From Marsupella aquatica (Eukaryota; Plantae; Marchantiophyta), in the NCBI GenBank assembly GCA_973895155.1, contig OZ316893.1, positions 25,780,798 through 25,844,797 of the forward strand: a stretch of 64,000 bases of DNA. Direction: 5' to 3'. Positions within the stretch are counted from its first letter, which is position 1, and each line of letters opens with the position of its first letter. The position numbers and the translations under genes were made by a program. Shown here piece by piece: positions 28,701 to 42,233 of this stretch. The notes under the pieces are model-generated. The model was not told the DNA's origin. It saw only the letters and a program-made list of their open reading frames with translations, and searched no databases.

Positions 28701-31306
28701 CTTGCAAGGAGAGAGATTTTTTTTTCTTCACTTGAACTTGTTTATTTCTTGTTATTTGCCTTTTATTTAGCTTTTTCTCAATTTTTCCTGTGCTCATCTA
28801 TAGCTACTGTAGACATGCGACAACACTTGTGCCAATTTTTTGCTATTTGACTTAACATGATGACAATGAATTTATCAATCCACGTTGTTGGTCTTCTGAA
28901 ACATGAAACTTTTAAAAAGTTTTGTTTAACTCCAACAAAATACCTCCTTTAGTTTTTTCTACCCTGGTGATCAATTTATTATAAACAATCATAACATCTA
29001 ATAGTGAAATGTGTAAACATAAATATAAGAGATTAAGTAGTCAAGCAGTTTACAACAAAATGTTAATCTCAAACAATCAAATAAATTTATCAATCCCAAC
29101 AAGATTTTTTAATCCCACAAATAGTTCCAAGCTCATTGTAGTTGATCATACCCTCCACACACGATGGCACATGATATGCATTGAGATTACAAACTTAAAT
29201 GTTGTTAACCACTAGATTGATAGATGCATCACAATATATATGGGGTTTAGGATATAATTGTATTCAAACTCTTTTGTAAAGAACTTTCAAAATTTTAAGA
29301 TTTGGACGATGCCCTCATGGGAATGTCCATGTACTGGTAGTTATAAAACAATTCTAAGGGTTTTTTCATCAAACATTGTTTGAACACAAACTTTTTTGTA
29401 TTGGGACAAAGGACTAAAAAATGGGGGATACCTTATTATAGTTATAGATTACATGACAAAATAAATATTGATTATTTGATACTTTCAGTGTTGAATAGTA
29501 ATTAACTTTGGTTTTAGATGTAATGAAACATATAAGGTTCAAACAAGAAAATAACATGATACCCTAAACCCTGAATTGTGTGGTATTGAGAAAGTACAAT
29601 AAAAAAATGACCAAACTATATTTATTTTGTAATGATCTTAACGTGGCTGCTGCACCAAAGTGGAGTGACAGTGATCCCACACATCTTCTTAGATTGATAC
29701 ATGAATCTGTTTGCACAAAGGGAATCATGTGAGGGAAGAATATGGTCCTTGAGCTATTTAAAGATGCATCAAAATCTGAATATTCTGGAAACTGTAAATA
29801 AGCCAGAACGTTGTGAATGATACAATCAATCAGGTTAAGCAAAAAGTCTACCATAAATCTAGCCTGAGCTTGCATTCAAGATCCATCTTTGTGTGTCGCT
29901 CTTCCATGTTGCAGTCTTCGTCCATGATCCATGTGTTATTTTTAGATTGCAATAGACACATTTCCTTCGCTAATCCTTAGAAGAGGTATGTTCACAGCTT
30001 CTTTGTTTGTCTCAAAGAAATTGTACTAAATTCCCTTAATTTCATACCAACCAACAATTGGATGAGTTATCCCACCAGATTAGCGTGGAGCAACAAATCT
30101 CCACACTTGCTCTGAGCAACACATTCAAATTAGGCCAGTGATGCTATTTGTTTCCTTGTATCTTGAAAGTCTCATTGATTCTTGATGTGTAAGATGTGTT
30201 CACATTATATCAACATAATCAATCAATGATTCCAAAGATTTTCAATTGTACAACCAAATTTCTTTATTGGTGTTTGTAGGTGTTTAGACTTTACATAAAC
30301 AATTCAATAAAATGTAATTTAAAGCTTGCCATATTAGAAAAAATAAAGATCATCCAACCTGTCCAAATATCTGGCCAATTTGTGATATATAGCAAAACCA
30401 AATGATACCTTTTTGGTTCAAAACTCCATGAATTATTAGTGCATTGGGGTTGAAGGTCTGAAAGTTGTAGCACCAAATGTTTGAGTCACAATCACACTCC
30501 AATGGAACCAGCTCAAAGTGAGCAGTTGTGTAACTAGCAAATTTGGCTGCCAACACCAACCACTAGTAGAAAACGGGCCCATTTTAGACTGCCCTATAAA
30601 ACAACTATATGACACCGTTTACAACATAGGACTAAGTTGTAACCTAACTGACCTAACCTTGGCCATGTCACATTCAGGACCTCCCTTCGCGGTGACATAG
30701 ATTAACAAGAGCAGTTACCATCAACCGAGAAGATTTTCTGTTTCGATTCAAAGATGTAAGGGCATGGTGACGAGATCCTGCCAAGGAAGTCACTAATGTC
30801 CCATATTTTTCCCCAATTGGGGTCACGTCTTTCAGTATGGTTTTGTCATGTATGAACTCTTCTCAAGCAATGGAGTAGCTTTCCAATGGGGAAAGTAACA
30901 AGACTGTACAAAGTAGTTCCTGTACCAATACTACTTTCTTCAGCATCTCTGAAAAAGCAATTGTAAGGCCAAACACTCACTTTTGTCTATAATAACCACT
31001 CCCACGTTCAGAAGAATAAAGACACTTTCAAACAACAAAGTAAGACTTCGAAGTAAAGACTATATATGTGGGTGTCCGTTGGGAAACAAACGATTATCCA
31101 GAGAGCGATGCTGTGCACATTCTGACATTCTGAGCAGTATATGGAGATAGTACCAATCAAACATCATGGATAAATGGAGAATCGCAACACGTTGACGTTG
31201 CTTTTATTTGATCAATGTTGAAAAATGAGCTTCCAACGTTAACTTCCCTATAAAGGAACAGGTTGGCCATGCAAAATAAATTGACTGGGAGGCCTTGCTG
31301 CCATCA

Positions 31307-34300
31307 TCAGCCTCCAAACAAATAACTGGCTGCTTGATCCTCATTCCCACCAAAAAGAGTTAGAGCCTGAGTAACAGCCTCCCTGTCGAATCCCAGCTCC
31401 ATAAGCCTCAACACCTTGGGTTCTAACTCGGGCGTGACCTGGATCCCAAGACATCCAAGAACAACTCCACGTCAATTTGTTGCCAGCTTGAGAAGTGGCT
31501 TACTCAACTTGAGATTATGACATTCTATTTCATTGCTCGGACTGCTTTAGTGACGATTGCCTGACATTAGAAATAGTTATTAGGAAAGCAATTCAGAGTT
31601 ATTAACTTTGGCAGTTAATATAGTTTCGAAGAAGGAATGCACTACAGCTTTAACGGACATCTGCGAGTGCTGAACTGTTGGCTTTCTTATCAGTCTTTCT
31701 TTGGATTATACAAATATGATATACCTTCATAGGGAGCTGGTACTCATCCATTTGGGAGAATCATTAAAATTAGCCAGCCTCCATCGCACTAACTCTCTAT
31801 TCTCACTGTTCAGGGGCTCTAAGATACGTGAAACCAGTCCCCAGCACACAACGTCAAGGTTAGAGTTTTCAATCACTTCAGGTAACTACCGGACCAAGCA
31901 GTTTGTTTTACACTGCTACAGAGAGAATGAGGAATGCCATGTAATTTTCTTTCCAGCCCAATCTAGAACATCTTTTTGAAATTATGTTAGCATAGAGGGC
32001 CAGGAGAAGAACGTCGGTGAGTCTAGAGACCGCTGCAATTCAATTTTGCAGCAGGCCCTTACAACATTTGATTTGACATGAAATCAATCACTCACATAAC
32101 CTCTTCTACGTTATCGTAGTGTCAATCACAATTTGTTATCATCAATTAGTGATGTGACGAACTTTACGGGCGCCAAGCAAAGGTCCTAGCCGTACCTGAG
32201 GACTCCTAGATCTCTTTTTGGCATCCTGCACTGACTGTGAAGAACCTCCTGCAACACATTCGCCGCGGATTAGAGCTTAGAGAGGGGCTTTCAGGCAAAC
32301 AATGTTTTTTTCACAAATAACTTCTCTTCCAACCATCAATCCTTCTGGTGCTAAAATTTTTTCTGAATGTTCATATAACGCCCCTCACAAAGTCGTGCTT
32401 GCAACCATTCTCTGGTCTACGCGATGGACTTGAGAAATCCTATGCATCGCCCATCAGAAATGAATCATTGTTTAGGCTTTGAAGACGACCTTAATCAAAC
32501 AGCCCTTGTAATCTTAACAATGTTTAGTGATGAGCGGTTCGAGTTTACTAGAAGTCACAGCTCATGTGATGCAACCACAACTCTAGTATACTAATCTACA
32601 GATGCCCATTTTGAGCATTCAAGTAGCAGTGTTTGCAAAAAAGAGAATTACCAACTAAACCCGGGGCATGCACTGGAGCTGGAGGATGCACAGGCACTTC
32701 CCTGACACTGCCACCTGACTGCTGCTCAAACAACAGAAAAATTTAGATTCCAACAATTTCTCAAGCCATTTCTATATTCTTCTGTGAGAGGTAATGGTGT
32801 CAGGAACTCTTTACTAGTCTAAAAAAAAAAGAAAAAATGGCTGAAAACCAAATATAAGCCAACTACAAAACTATCCAGGTCACTAAAGAATTAAGGGTAC
32901 AGCCATATTTTTTGGACCTGAAAAGCAAACCGGGAATACTTTGTCGTCAAAAAAGAAATAAGTTGAACAAGGACGACAACACATACATTCACAGAGAAGG
33001 CAGGACACCGGTCATCAAATTGATTCTGACTAGGTGTGCTAAATTAAATTTGGAGTACATGGGATTGTAAGTTGAGAAGCTTACAGTTGGGGGTGCCTGT
33101 TCAGCATTATCACCACCAAGATGGTGCGCGGGCAGATCCTTTTCTGTAAAACCAATCCGTGCATTGATTGACAAAACAACAAAGCATTCAATAAACAATA
33201 AGGATCATCAACTTCATCTAGTGTGCAGTCACCTTACTTCAAACACGAGGGTGTCCAGGGTCCAGGAGGCAAATAAAAGATTCGGGATGTCTCTATAATT
33301 TCCAAGCATTCACGCTGTTACTTTCTACCCAACCTCCAGAGAGATGCAAACCTTGCAAGAAAGGTACAGATATTTCTCCTCCTCCAACTCGTAGCACGTT
33401 GTCGTTTAGGTCGATGGAACACTGCAACCCCAAGATCTTCAGCAGTCAGCTTTTTCGGTTTCAGACTGCTTGTCTGGAAGTATCAGCTACTTGCCAGAAA
33501 ACTATTGACTGAACTAAAAGGGAATAGCGACAGTAAACTTACAGAGGAGCAGTTTGTAAAATTAAATGTCACCTGACCCTGCTACTAACACTTTGACTCA
33601 GAGACTCTCCTCAGTAAAGAACGTACCGGTATCCCTCTCAGTGTTGTGCGTGCGAGTTCTTAAAATAAAAGGAATCCAAATTCAAGAGCCAATATCACAC
33701 CTGGTGTTTGCGGAGCATATCCAGGCCGAATATGAATTCCAGATCAGGTTGGTCAAGTACTGTAAACGAGCATGGGTAGTAGTTTTTGCCAATCTGACAA
33801 AAAGAACACGATATGTCATTGACTAGAAAGAAGCTTGCTCACCGCAAGTAACTTGAACCTGTCAAAGCTGCTGCTTTCTTTAAAGCCTAAAGAACTGAGA
33901 TAGCCCATCCTCAGGACATGCAACTCAGGCGAAAAGCCCGCCATCGTCCACGCTGTCAAGGAGTAGTTTTGTGTACAGAACATATGTTCAGCAGCAACAG
34001 TTCCGAACTTCTAGGGGATCTATGACAGAATAGTTCTGACGTTTAGAGACCCAAAATATTCCAACAATTTGAAACAGCAACGCCACGTTGGTAAATCGTA
34101 TGATCACCTTAAGAGGTGCGACATGAATTCGGCCCACTATTTCCGACTGTCCAACTCCTCTTGCAATTCCCACATACCGGCGATCAAGCAAGCGCAACAA
34201 TCTGGCCACATCGATTTGAGCAAACCAACAGTAAATAGCACAATCCTATAGAATACCGCCAAATTATTAGTATCAGTAGAAATAGGAGGTTTGATTGTTG

Positions 34301-37300
34301 CAAGACTACAAGGCTATATATGTTGAACCCACGAGACAGCTCACCCACAACGTTCCGCGCAGTCCTTTGAAATAATAGTAGTCTGGGCACCACTGTCAAC
34401 AAATGCCTGCACATGAAATTTTAGGGTAAGGCATGCTAATGGCCATCAAACATTTCGCCGGAACGTGACAAAGCCATGTGGAGCCGATGGAACAAGAAAT
34501 TGATTACTTCTCGTCCAGAAAATAGTCCATACATTGATATTTCTTTCTAGTGCCAGAAACCGGCAAGTCTAATCAAGATTCAGAACGAGATCCCGTCACC
34601 ATTCTACTTGGATTTTTCTTCTGCAAGCGAGTACAAGTACGGTGAATACAAGAGTTTATTTTATTCGACACCAGATTCAAGACATCTAAATCCAATAGGG
34701 TCTTCCAACCTTGAGTGGGACGCTGTTGACCTCCATATCCACGTAAAGCATGATCTGCAAGACAGACTCATAAATACGGTCATGTACGGCAAGACAGAGT
34801 CCAAACAGAAGACAGATCTACTTAGCTTACTAAAGTCGTTTCCAAGACAGTTCTTATTCTTTAAGGTTTCCTTTCATCATTAAACCTGGTCAAGCCTTTG
34901 ATTGACAGTGTCCAGTCTTCTCGTTCAACTACAAATTTGGTTCTAAAATAGATTTCACATGTAAGAGAAAAGGCGACTGAAGGCAGCCAGTATCAACACA
35001 GCCTTCAATTTGTTCTCACCACTCGTGCAAAGGCCTCGGGATTGTACTCCACAGCAGCCTCCCAATTTTCATCAACATTTTTCTGCAAATTTGGCCCACA
35101 GCAGCAATTTTCGAATCAGTTTGACTTCTCGCATAACGAGATATTAGGCAGGAATGTTCCCAGAACTCCATCAGGAGTCGGTCACTGATTGTCTTCTGTA
35201 ACACGAAATCACTATGACAATAACGCAGGTAGCCGATGGGTTCCCAGGATCCAACCTGTCTTATTGACTCCTCAATTCTCCTTTGAGCGTCTACATCAAA
35301 TGGGTCAGCATTAAACAATTCCTACAAAATTGTCAGAATAACCACTGTCAGCCAAACAGCTAAGACTCCTTTACAGAGGATATGGAAATGCAATTGATAT
35401 CTGTGTTATATCTCAGCTATAATTATGCTTTTTCTAGGTTTCTCCATAGGAGCATAGCAAGGAGAGAGATCCAGGCGCCTCCATCTGCCACCCAGCCCTC
35501 CGTTGACTGACTTTTCACCCATTTGAAAGTGCATGATAAAAGGGAGCAAATCATTATTGAGAACCACAACAGTGCAGAAATACAGGCGCTCTCTAAAGGA
35601 TGTCGTTTTCGATCACCGACCAGTTCACGTTGTTGGCGCTGCTGCAATTCCACCCTAATGCCATGCTGCTTCCTTAACTCTCTTTGCAAATTCTCAAGAT
35701 CATCCCCAAGTACTGCCTGTGCAACTCCCGGATTCCTCTGCACACAGTCGAAAGAAGAGTCACCATCCGTTGCTCAAAGCTCCATCCGTTTGTAATACAG
35801 TATATGATCCTAACCCTCCAACGAGCAACGAAGATGTAATGGTTTTCCTTCTGTTCGAATTTGACCTTTATCTTAGATAGAATAGGTATACCGCCCGAAA
35901 AGATAAATGAATACCCAAATTTGAAGCGAGGAATCCATGGCAACATGCGGAGCAGTTCACCTCTTGTAACTGCCTGATTATATTCGGATCACTGCGCAAA
36001 TGTCTTTGGAAGGCACGTGGATTTACTGCAGAACCATCTGGGTTCATAGCTAAGTCACTTGGGGCTGGACCCGCTGCAACAGGTCCACTGAATCACAAGT
36101 GGCATGAAATCGATCAACCCCATAGTAGTCACATATACAAACAAACAGCGTGCAGTTGACCTGAAAGATAGGACGTGTCTAGGCCGGATCATCGAACAAT
36201 ATGAATCGTAGAGACGTTTGGTAATGGATTAAACTACTGCATCATGTTTGCAACCAAGGAGGAGCATATTGGAAACAATGCCAGTCAAGAGTAATAGATC
36301 ATAGCATCTGTGAACCTTGGAGGTGCAGAAACGAGCATCAAGAGATCGTTCTCCACTACTCCTGCAGCATTGAGCCGCCCATTATTAGGAATCTCCTTCC
36401 CATCATACAATATCTGTTGCTGACTAAGGGGTATACTGGTCTGCGCAAACAATATTTAAACGAGTCTTAGATTGAACTAGGATGAAACAGACTTGTGCTT
36501 TAACGCAGGTAGGTGATTTGCGAGCTTAATATGAAGCCAAAAGATGTTTCATAGACTCGGACTGTAGGTCAACCCCATCTATTCCTCCTTGCCGAATTAG
36601 CTGTAAAGCTTCATTGGATTTTGAATTCACAGAAGAATAGATAGAATCGAAGACAAATGTGTGTATCTGCACATACGTGTCTTCATCTCGAGCCACGAAC
36701 GGCAGTAAGGGATGATAGAAATTCAAATGCAAATGACGCCGAGAGAAACATACCTCCACTTCAAGTATTGCCTTGAGATTCTCCACCTGCTCAAAGAACA
36801 AGCGTTAGGAAAAAGGTCGAAAAACTTAAAAAATCTAACTGCAAACGCGTTGTACATTGTGTTAACCATTTATTAGTAAGTCACCCAATGGCGTAAGATG
36901 ACTCTGAAGACATAACCAGTCACTCGACACGATTTTCACCATTTTGACTGTTGAGACAGGTACAGTGAACCTAAGGCGACTAGGAGCTTGACAAATAGAC
37001 ATGTATCAGTAGAAAGGCACGAGAATCTCATGGTTTTAGTTATAAGCTCATAAGTCAACGCAAACATGCCAAATTACACAGCCCGAAGCAATTCAAACCT
37101 TTCCCATAATGTAAACATTATTATACTGGTCTTAAACAGGCTTGCACAGTGCATCGTGTGTAGCGTGAGCTGGCAGGCATGCCGGCCGAGCAGAAACCTT
37201 TCGCTTTAGTAACCTCGAATTCACTTCAGAAACCTAACCCTAATCAGAGACACTTTCACAGCCCCAAACTACGTCTGCGCTGTACTCTAACTACAAAACT

Positions 37301-37822
37301 AAATGAGATAAACGGAAGAGCCAATTCTTAGAGATAACAGCTAAAATTTCTCTTTACAACCCCCTTCATCTCCTCTGGCGTGATAAGAAGTTTAGAGATG
37401 CTGATGACAAATAGAAGAACTAGAGCATACAAATGGGACAATGACATTAGCCTCTCAATCAGCAATACAATACAGCGTTTCTGTTTTTCAATAATGCGTT
37501 TTCATGCGCTGAACACATTCTCATTAGCTATAGCGAAAGCAATTATCTTTTCCATTCCAATTAACACGCTACCAAAATGACCGTCTGACCAACATCACAA
37601 AAGGAAGGGGAGGGATATAATATACGGCATCAATTTTCTTTGAGAAATAGGAAGTTAACCTTCCCAGTCGAACGGATCACATCACAAATAATATAGCCCC
37701 AGGAAACCACGAACTTCAACTTGACAACATAGCAGGGGGGGGGGGCGACACTATACCAGCTCATCCGGCTCCACGTCCAAAGACACAATTTGCTCATCTG
37801 CCGTCAACACGGACACCTTCAT
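31307..37822 (-). CDS. DDI1: DNA damage-inducible protein 1 (UBL - retroviral-like aspartyl protease - UBA), about 425 aa, 16 exons
   Basis: Exons 37822-37757, 36786-36754, 36440-36316, 36087-35961, 35737-35621, 35321-35256, 35082-35020, 34754-34710, 34406-34345, 34201-34108, 33793-33701, 33421-33352, 33143-33085, 32724-32652, 32248-32196, 31438-31307. UBL: MKVSVLTADEQIVSLDV...VENLKAILEVE. Protease: MLYVDMEVN.VPLKAFVDSGAQ, GRIHVAPLK, FGLDMLRKHQCSIDL. UBA: LMELGFDREAVTQAL.LFGGNEDQAASYLFGG. Confidence 0.95.
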
Positions 37823-38645
37823 CCTCGCTCTCTTGCTGCGGCTCTGCGTCCTGCTCCTCCTTCCCCGGAATTGTCCACTCTCTGACCTCCTCGCCCTCTC
37901 CTTCAATTGGTTTGCCTCACAGCTACCACAACACTACGAAATAAAATGTCTTTTCCTCTCGAATTGGTGAACTCTCACTCCATTAGACTCGACAGGACGG
38001 CAGCATTTGCAAATCTAATAAAAAAAACTGATGAGAAACAGGGGTGTGCAAAGGATCCCCACGAAGAACTGGACGTTACCTTTCACCACACGCAGTACAG
38101 CTTACGACAACGAAATCCAATATCTTCCGCTCTCAATTGCTGCACTCTCAATCCGTCAGCACGCACCGGACCGAAGCATTCACAAATTGCATCGAAAACT
38201 CATGACCACTGATGACAAAACGGATGTAAACAGAGGATTGCAACGAAGAACTAGACCTCTGGACCTTACTCTTGACTACACACGCATTACACGTGAGGCC
38301 ACGCGGCCTGTAAGGTAAATAATCCTTACCACAGAAACGAAAACGTGGGTGGCATCGTTGAATCTGAGTCGTCGAGGGCTTTATTTTTACGGTCTAGATT
38401 TTTTCGGTAACTTGCAGACGGTAAAGGTTAGTAAGGATCACGCCACAGTAACTTGCTCGACTACAGTAGTGTACTTACGTAGGCGGCAGGAAAGTCAAAC
38501 GAAGTTAACTGTCGTCGGCCCTTTAGCGCCAATCGAAATGGGGTACTGTACCTATTTGGACAGACCAGTCCGAAGATGCTTCCTCCGGTCCTCCGGTCCT
38601 CCCTTCAATCCCTTCGCGACAAAGGCACAATCAGTCCCTTGGCGA

Positions 38646-39265
38646 CAAAGGCACACCCCCACTCCCAGCCCAACGCCGGCTAGAGGAGGTTAGAGAGCTG
38701 TTTCCATGACAATTGCCTACCGCTGTGTGCCTGTGTTGTCATGCCCATCATAGGGGGTGCCAATGGAGTCCGGTAATTTCCATATCAAAATGTGACAACA
38801 TACCCATGTCATTCCTATAAATTCAATTTTTTTTCTTTAAATCAATGAAAGTTATTTATCGCACACCAAATATTGTCACATTTTGATGTGCAATTATTGT
38901 AATTGGTCCCCATTCTGGTGAGGTAGATTGTACAAATATGGCAATTCCAAGAATGTTGTTTGATGGTACTACGCTCGGGACTACCCTTACTCCATTTGTA
39001 GATAAAGGCATGCCCCAAGTCCCCAACCCAATGCCAGTTAGTGGGGTGAGAGACCTGTTTCCATGACAATTGCCAGCCCCTGTGTTGTCACACCCACAAT
39101 AGGGGGTGGCAATGCTGGTGAGGTAGATTGAACAAAGACGACAATTCCGAAAATGCTATTGGATGGTACTCCCTGTAGTCCCTAGTCAATAAAGGCACCC
39201 CCAAGTCCCCAAACCAATGCCAGCTTGTGGGGGTGAGAGGGTTGTTTCCATGCCAAATGCCAACC
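38646..39265. repeat. Three-copy degenerate direct repeat upstream of DDI1
   Basis: AAAGGCA..CCCC.A.TCCC.A.CCAA.GCC.G.T.G..GG.G..AGAG...TGTTTCCATG.CAA.TGCC at about 38647, 39003 and 39190. Confidence 0.7.
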
Positions 39266-40019
39266 CCTATCTAACCACTAAGGGTTGAAGCAGCCAAAAT
39301 ATGACTAGTTGGTCAAACTGACCAAAACTTCTAGGAGCACACTTTGAGAGGTACATTTTCATGTTTAACCCGGATTTTTGGTGAGATCTTTGGGATTTAT
39401 TTACAGACCCCCATGGGAGGTGCTTTGCAGATTCCTTGGCTCCACATGCAACCACATGAGCATTCTCTGTCACAAACAAGGAAATCTATGTTTGTGGCAA
39501 CACATTTGAGGCCGCCAAAAATGGTGGAACTTGGAAACCATAAAAATGCCATTAACAACAAAGAAAAGGTAAGAAAATACCACCAATAAACCATTGAATT
39601 TTTTAGATCAACGGATGGCTTCCAAGGAGAAACCCTGAGAAAATGGGTGTAAACCTTGGAAACAACAATTGAACCACAAAACAACTAACATTGTCTCAGT
39701 CTTCAATTTACACATTCCATGTGCCAGTTCTAGCAGTACCTCATTTTACTGTACATTTGATGCAGCAGGACTCCTGGCAGAACCCACACACATTGTGCAG
39801 GCCCGTGCCAAATGCAGACCATGTGAAAACCCCCTATGAACTTGTGAAACCTAGAGCCTCAAACCTATTGGGAGAAAATGCCAAAACGTTGAATGAGGTT
39901 TACTAAAAGGAAGGCATTCACACATCAATGTCTTCAATTCACAATTACCCTAATCTTCCAGTTTGCACAATGCGGTAATCAGCGGTCGTCCCAACAACGA
40001 CAATGATGACCAGCAATAA

Positions 40020-40351
40020 TGTTAAGGATTGCTCTTAGTCTTGTGACTCAAAGATTACGGCACTTAGGCTAACCACAGTTAGGGTCTTAGCTGAGGTTAG
40101 ATTAGTCGTGTGTGACCTTGTATATACCAGGGCTAGTGTAAGCCGCTGGTGTGGTGTGCTTACTCATTGTAACGGAGCAACTTGAGGAAGAGGGAGAGCA
40201 TGTGTGTTCGTCCACTCTTGAAGTAAAGCTTGAGTGTTCGTGTGGACGTAGCCTTGGAGAAGAGGTGAACCACGTAGAGATTGTGTCGACTATGTGTGCA
40301 TGGAATGAATCATGGTTGTATGGTCGTTGCGAAAGACGTCATAGTTCAACA
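40020..40351 (+). mobile_element. Solo LTR (332 bp) with 5-bp TSD AATAA, same family as the LTR at 859-1190
   Basis: TG...CA termini. AATAA at 40015-40019 and 40352-40356. No adjacent PBS or PPT. Confidence 0.92.
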
Positions 40352-40834
40352 AATAATGCATGCAATTTGTTTGAGCACTATATGTGGTTGAAAACCCTAC
40401 AATCATAGCTCAACCAAACAAAGTTCATGGTTCAAATCCTTATAGTCATGCTTCCCCTAGCTTTGTACAAGAACATCTCTTGCTGCCCTAGCCGTCAGCA
40501 TTATTCGGAATCATGTCTGTCGCTCCTAGAAGAGATAAAAATTCTCTAGGCTGGTAAAAATCCATTAAAAGGATGATATCCCACTCTTGTAATCTAAGAT
40601 TGATGGTAAAGTAGATCTCTAGGATAGCAAAGATTAAGAAGTGAAGAGGGGTGCTAAAATAAACTTAAGTCCTAAAAAAACAAAAATTAAAAGGGTTCCA
40701 AAAATTAATTCAAAATCTAGGTAGTACAATAGTTGCAGCTTGTTAAGGCACATTCATATAAAAATACACTACACAAAATCTGAAATTAAGGTAGATTCAC
40801 CATTATAGTTGCACCAATATTTAGAATTTAGAGG

Positions 40835-41840
40835 TTATTAGTGCCTCATTTGGCCTTACCCGTTGGAGATGCCAAGAAAATCTTTGCCTTTGAAAACACA
40901 AGATTCTGCGACAAAAAAAGTCAGCCGAATGATTCAGTCGAGTCCCGTCCTTTGAAATAACTTCCTTCTGCAGGAGCATTGGCGGGAGACTCTAAACCCC
41001 AAGCCACACTCTGAAAGGTAGAATGATTCACCATTAGGGCGTCTCATATGTAAAACAACAGGCACCTCACGGTTGCGCACGAGGCAGTCGGGAGCACGGC
41101 AACAAGGTACAATTGGGCAATTATTTTTGGGGGTACAAAAAAATGAGAGTCCTCACAACACCCAGGTTTAATCTGACGGGCAAGTTTATGGCTTGCCGGG
41201 CACATAAAATAGTCAAATGACGGTCCCAAAATGGTCAGTTTGACGTATATTCTTTGATATTCCCCCAGACTCCCCTGGTCCCCGGACTCCTGACCCGACC
41301 CGGCTCCCAGCCCGCCTGGGACCCCGCTTCAGCCCGGACCAGACCCGGCCTCCCGAACCACTCCCTGGCCTCCCGAACCCTTCCCGAACCCCTCCCCAAC
41401 CTCCCAAACCCCTCCGGAACTCCTACCAAAATGTCTTCCGGGCCTCCCGAATCCCTCCCGAACCCCGACTCCGGGAGACCAGTTTATGTATTTACGGTTT
41501 GACGGGAAAAATCCCCCAATTTGACGGGCAAGCTCAAACCGAGCAACTCTGAAATGGGGGCCTTCTAGTATCCCAAGTGTGAATGGTCAGGCCTCGCAAT
41601 GGGTGCCCTTCCAGTCATGATTGATGTCCTAATCACAACACGCCAGGGGCGCCGTCAAAGCAAAAAAATGAGCCTATTTAATACCGTCAAAATTTATAAT
41701 TTAATCTTTTCAGACTTTATTAGTGCCTCATTTGACCTTAACCGTTGCAAAAAAAAGTCCCCCGAAGCATACAGTCGAGTCCAGTCCTTCGAAATGACTT
41801 CCTTCTACAGGAGCATCGGCGGAGACTCGAAGCCACACTC
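40835..41840. repeat. Diverged direct repeats (40835-41011 and 41717-41840) flanking a C-rich CCCGA/CCCGG low-complexity block
   Basis: TTATTAGTGCCTCATTTG.CCTTA.CCGTTG and CAGTCGAGTCC.GTCCTT.GAAAT.ACTTCCTTCT.CAGGAGCAT.GGCGG...AAGCCACACTC are present in both copies. Confidence 0.7.
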
Positions 41841-41866
41841 GGTTGAGGAAAAATGGACTTTAGTTC

Positions 41867-42165
41867 TGTTGGTGTTGGAGACAATCTCTAATATGAGAGA
41901 ACTGTATTCAGAACGTAGCAAAGGGCGAAATAAGTAGAGCCGGAGAGGGCCAGACTTGGCGGAAGATCAACGGATCTCCAGATGAAGCTAAGATCTAACA
42001 GCTATGTAAGCTACCGTAAAGTATGCACAACAGACATGAGACTTGTTCCGTCTGATCTATGAAATCTGTGTCTAATCCTAATCTGATCTACAAGTAATCT
42101 AAATCACAGGATTACTGTCTGGTTCTGTCGCTACCTAACTTGCGAGTACTCAGTAAGTTCCAACA
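41867..42165 (-). repeat. 3' LTR of the copia element
   Basis: 299 bp, adjacent to the PPT, about 97% identical to 47274-47572. Confidence 0.93.
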
Positions 42166-42233
42166 CCCCCTCTCGAGGAAGTAAGGGAGGATAGAACCTG
42201 ACACGTTAAGCTTACTAATGAATAGATCAAAAA

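Noticed and set aside
27100-30600. AT-rich block that might be a decayed DNA transposon
   Set aside because: No translatable transposase or helicase motifs or termini could be identified by eye.
33352-34754. Retroviral-type aspartyl protease motif (FVDSGAQ) suggesting a retroelement
   Set aside because: It is split by spliceosomal introns and flanked by UBL and UBA exons, so it is the host DDI1 gene.
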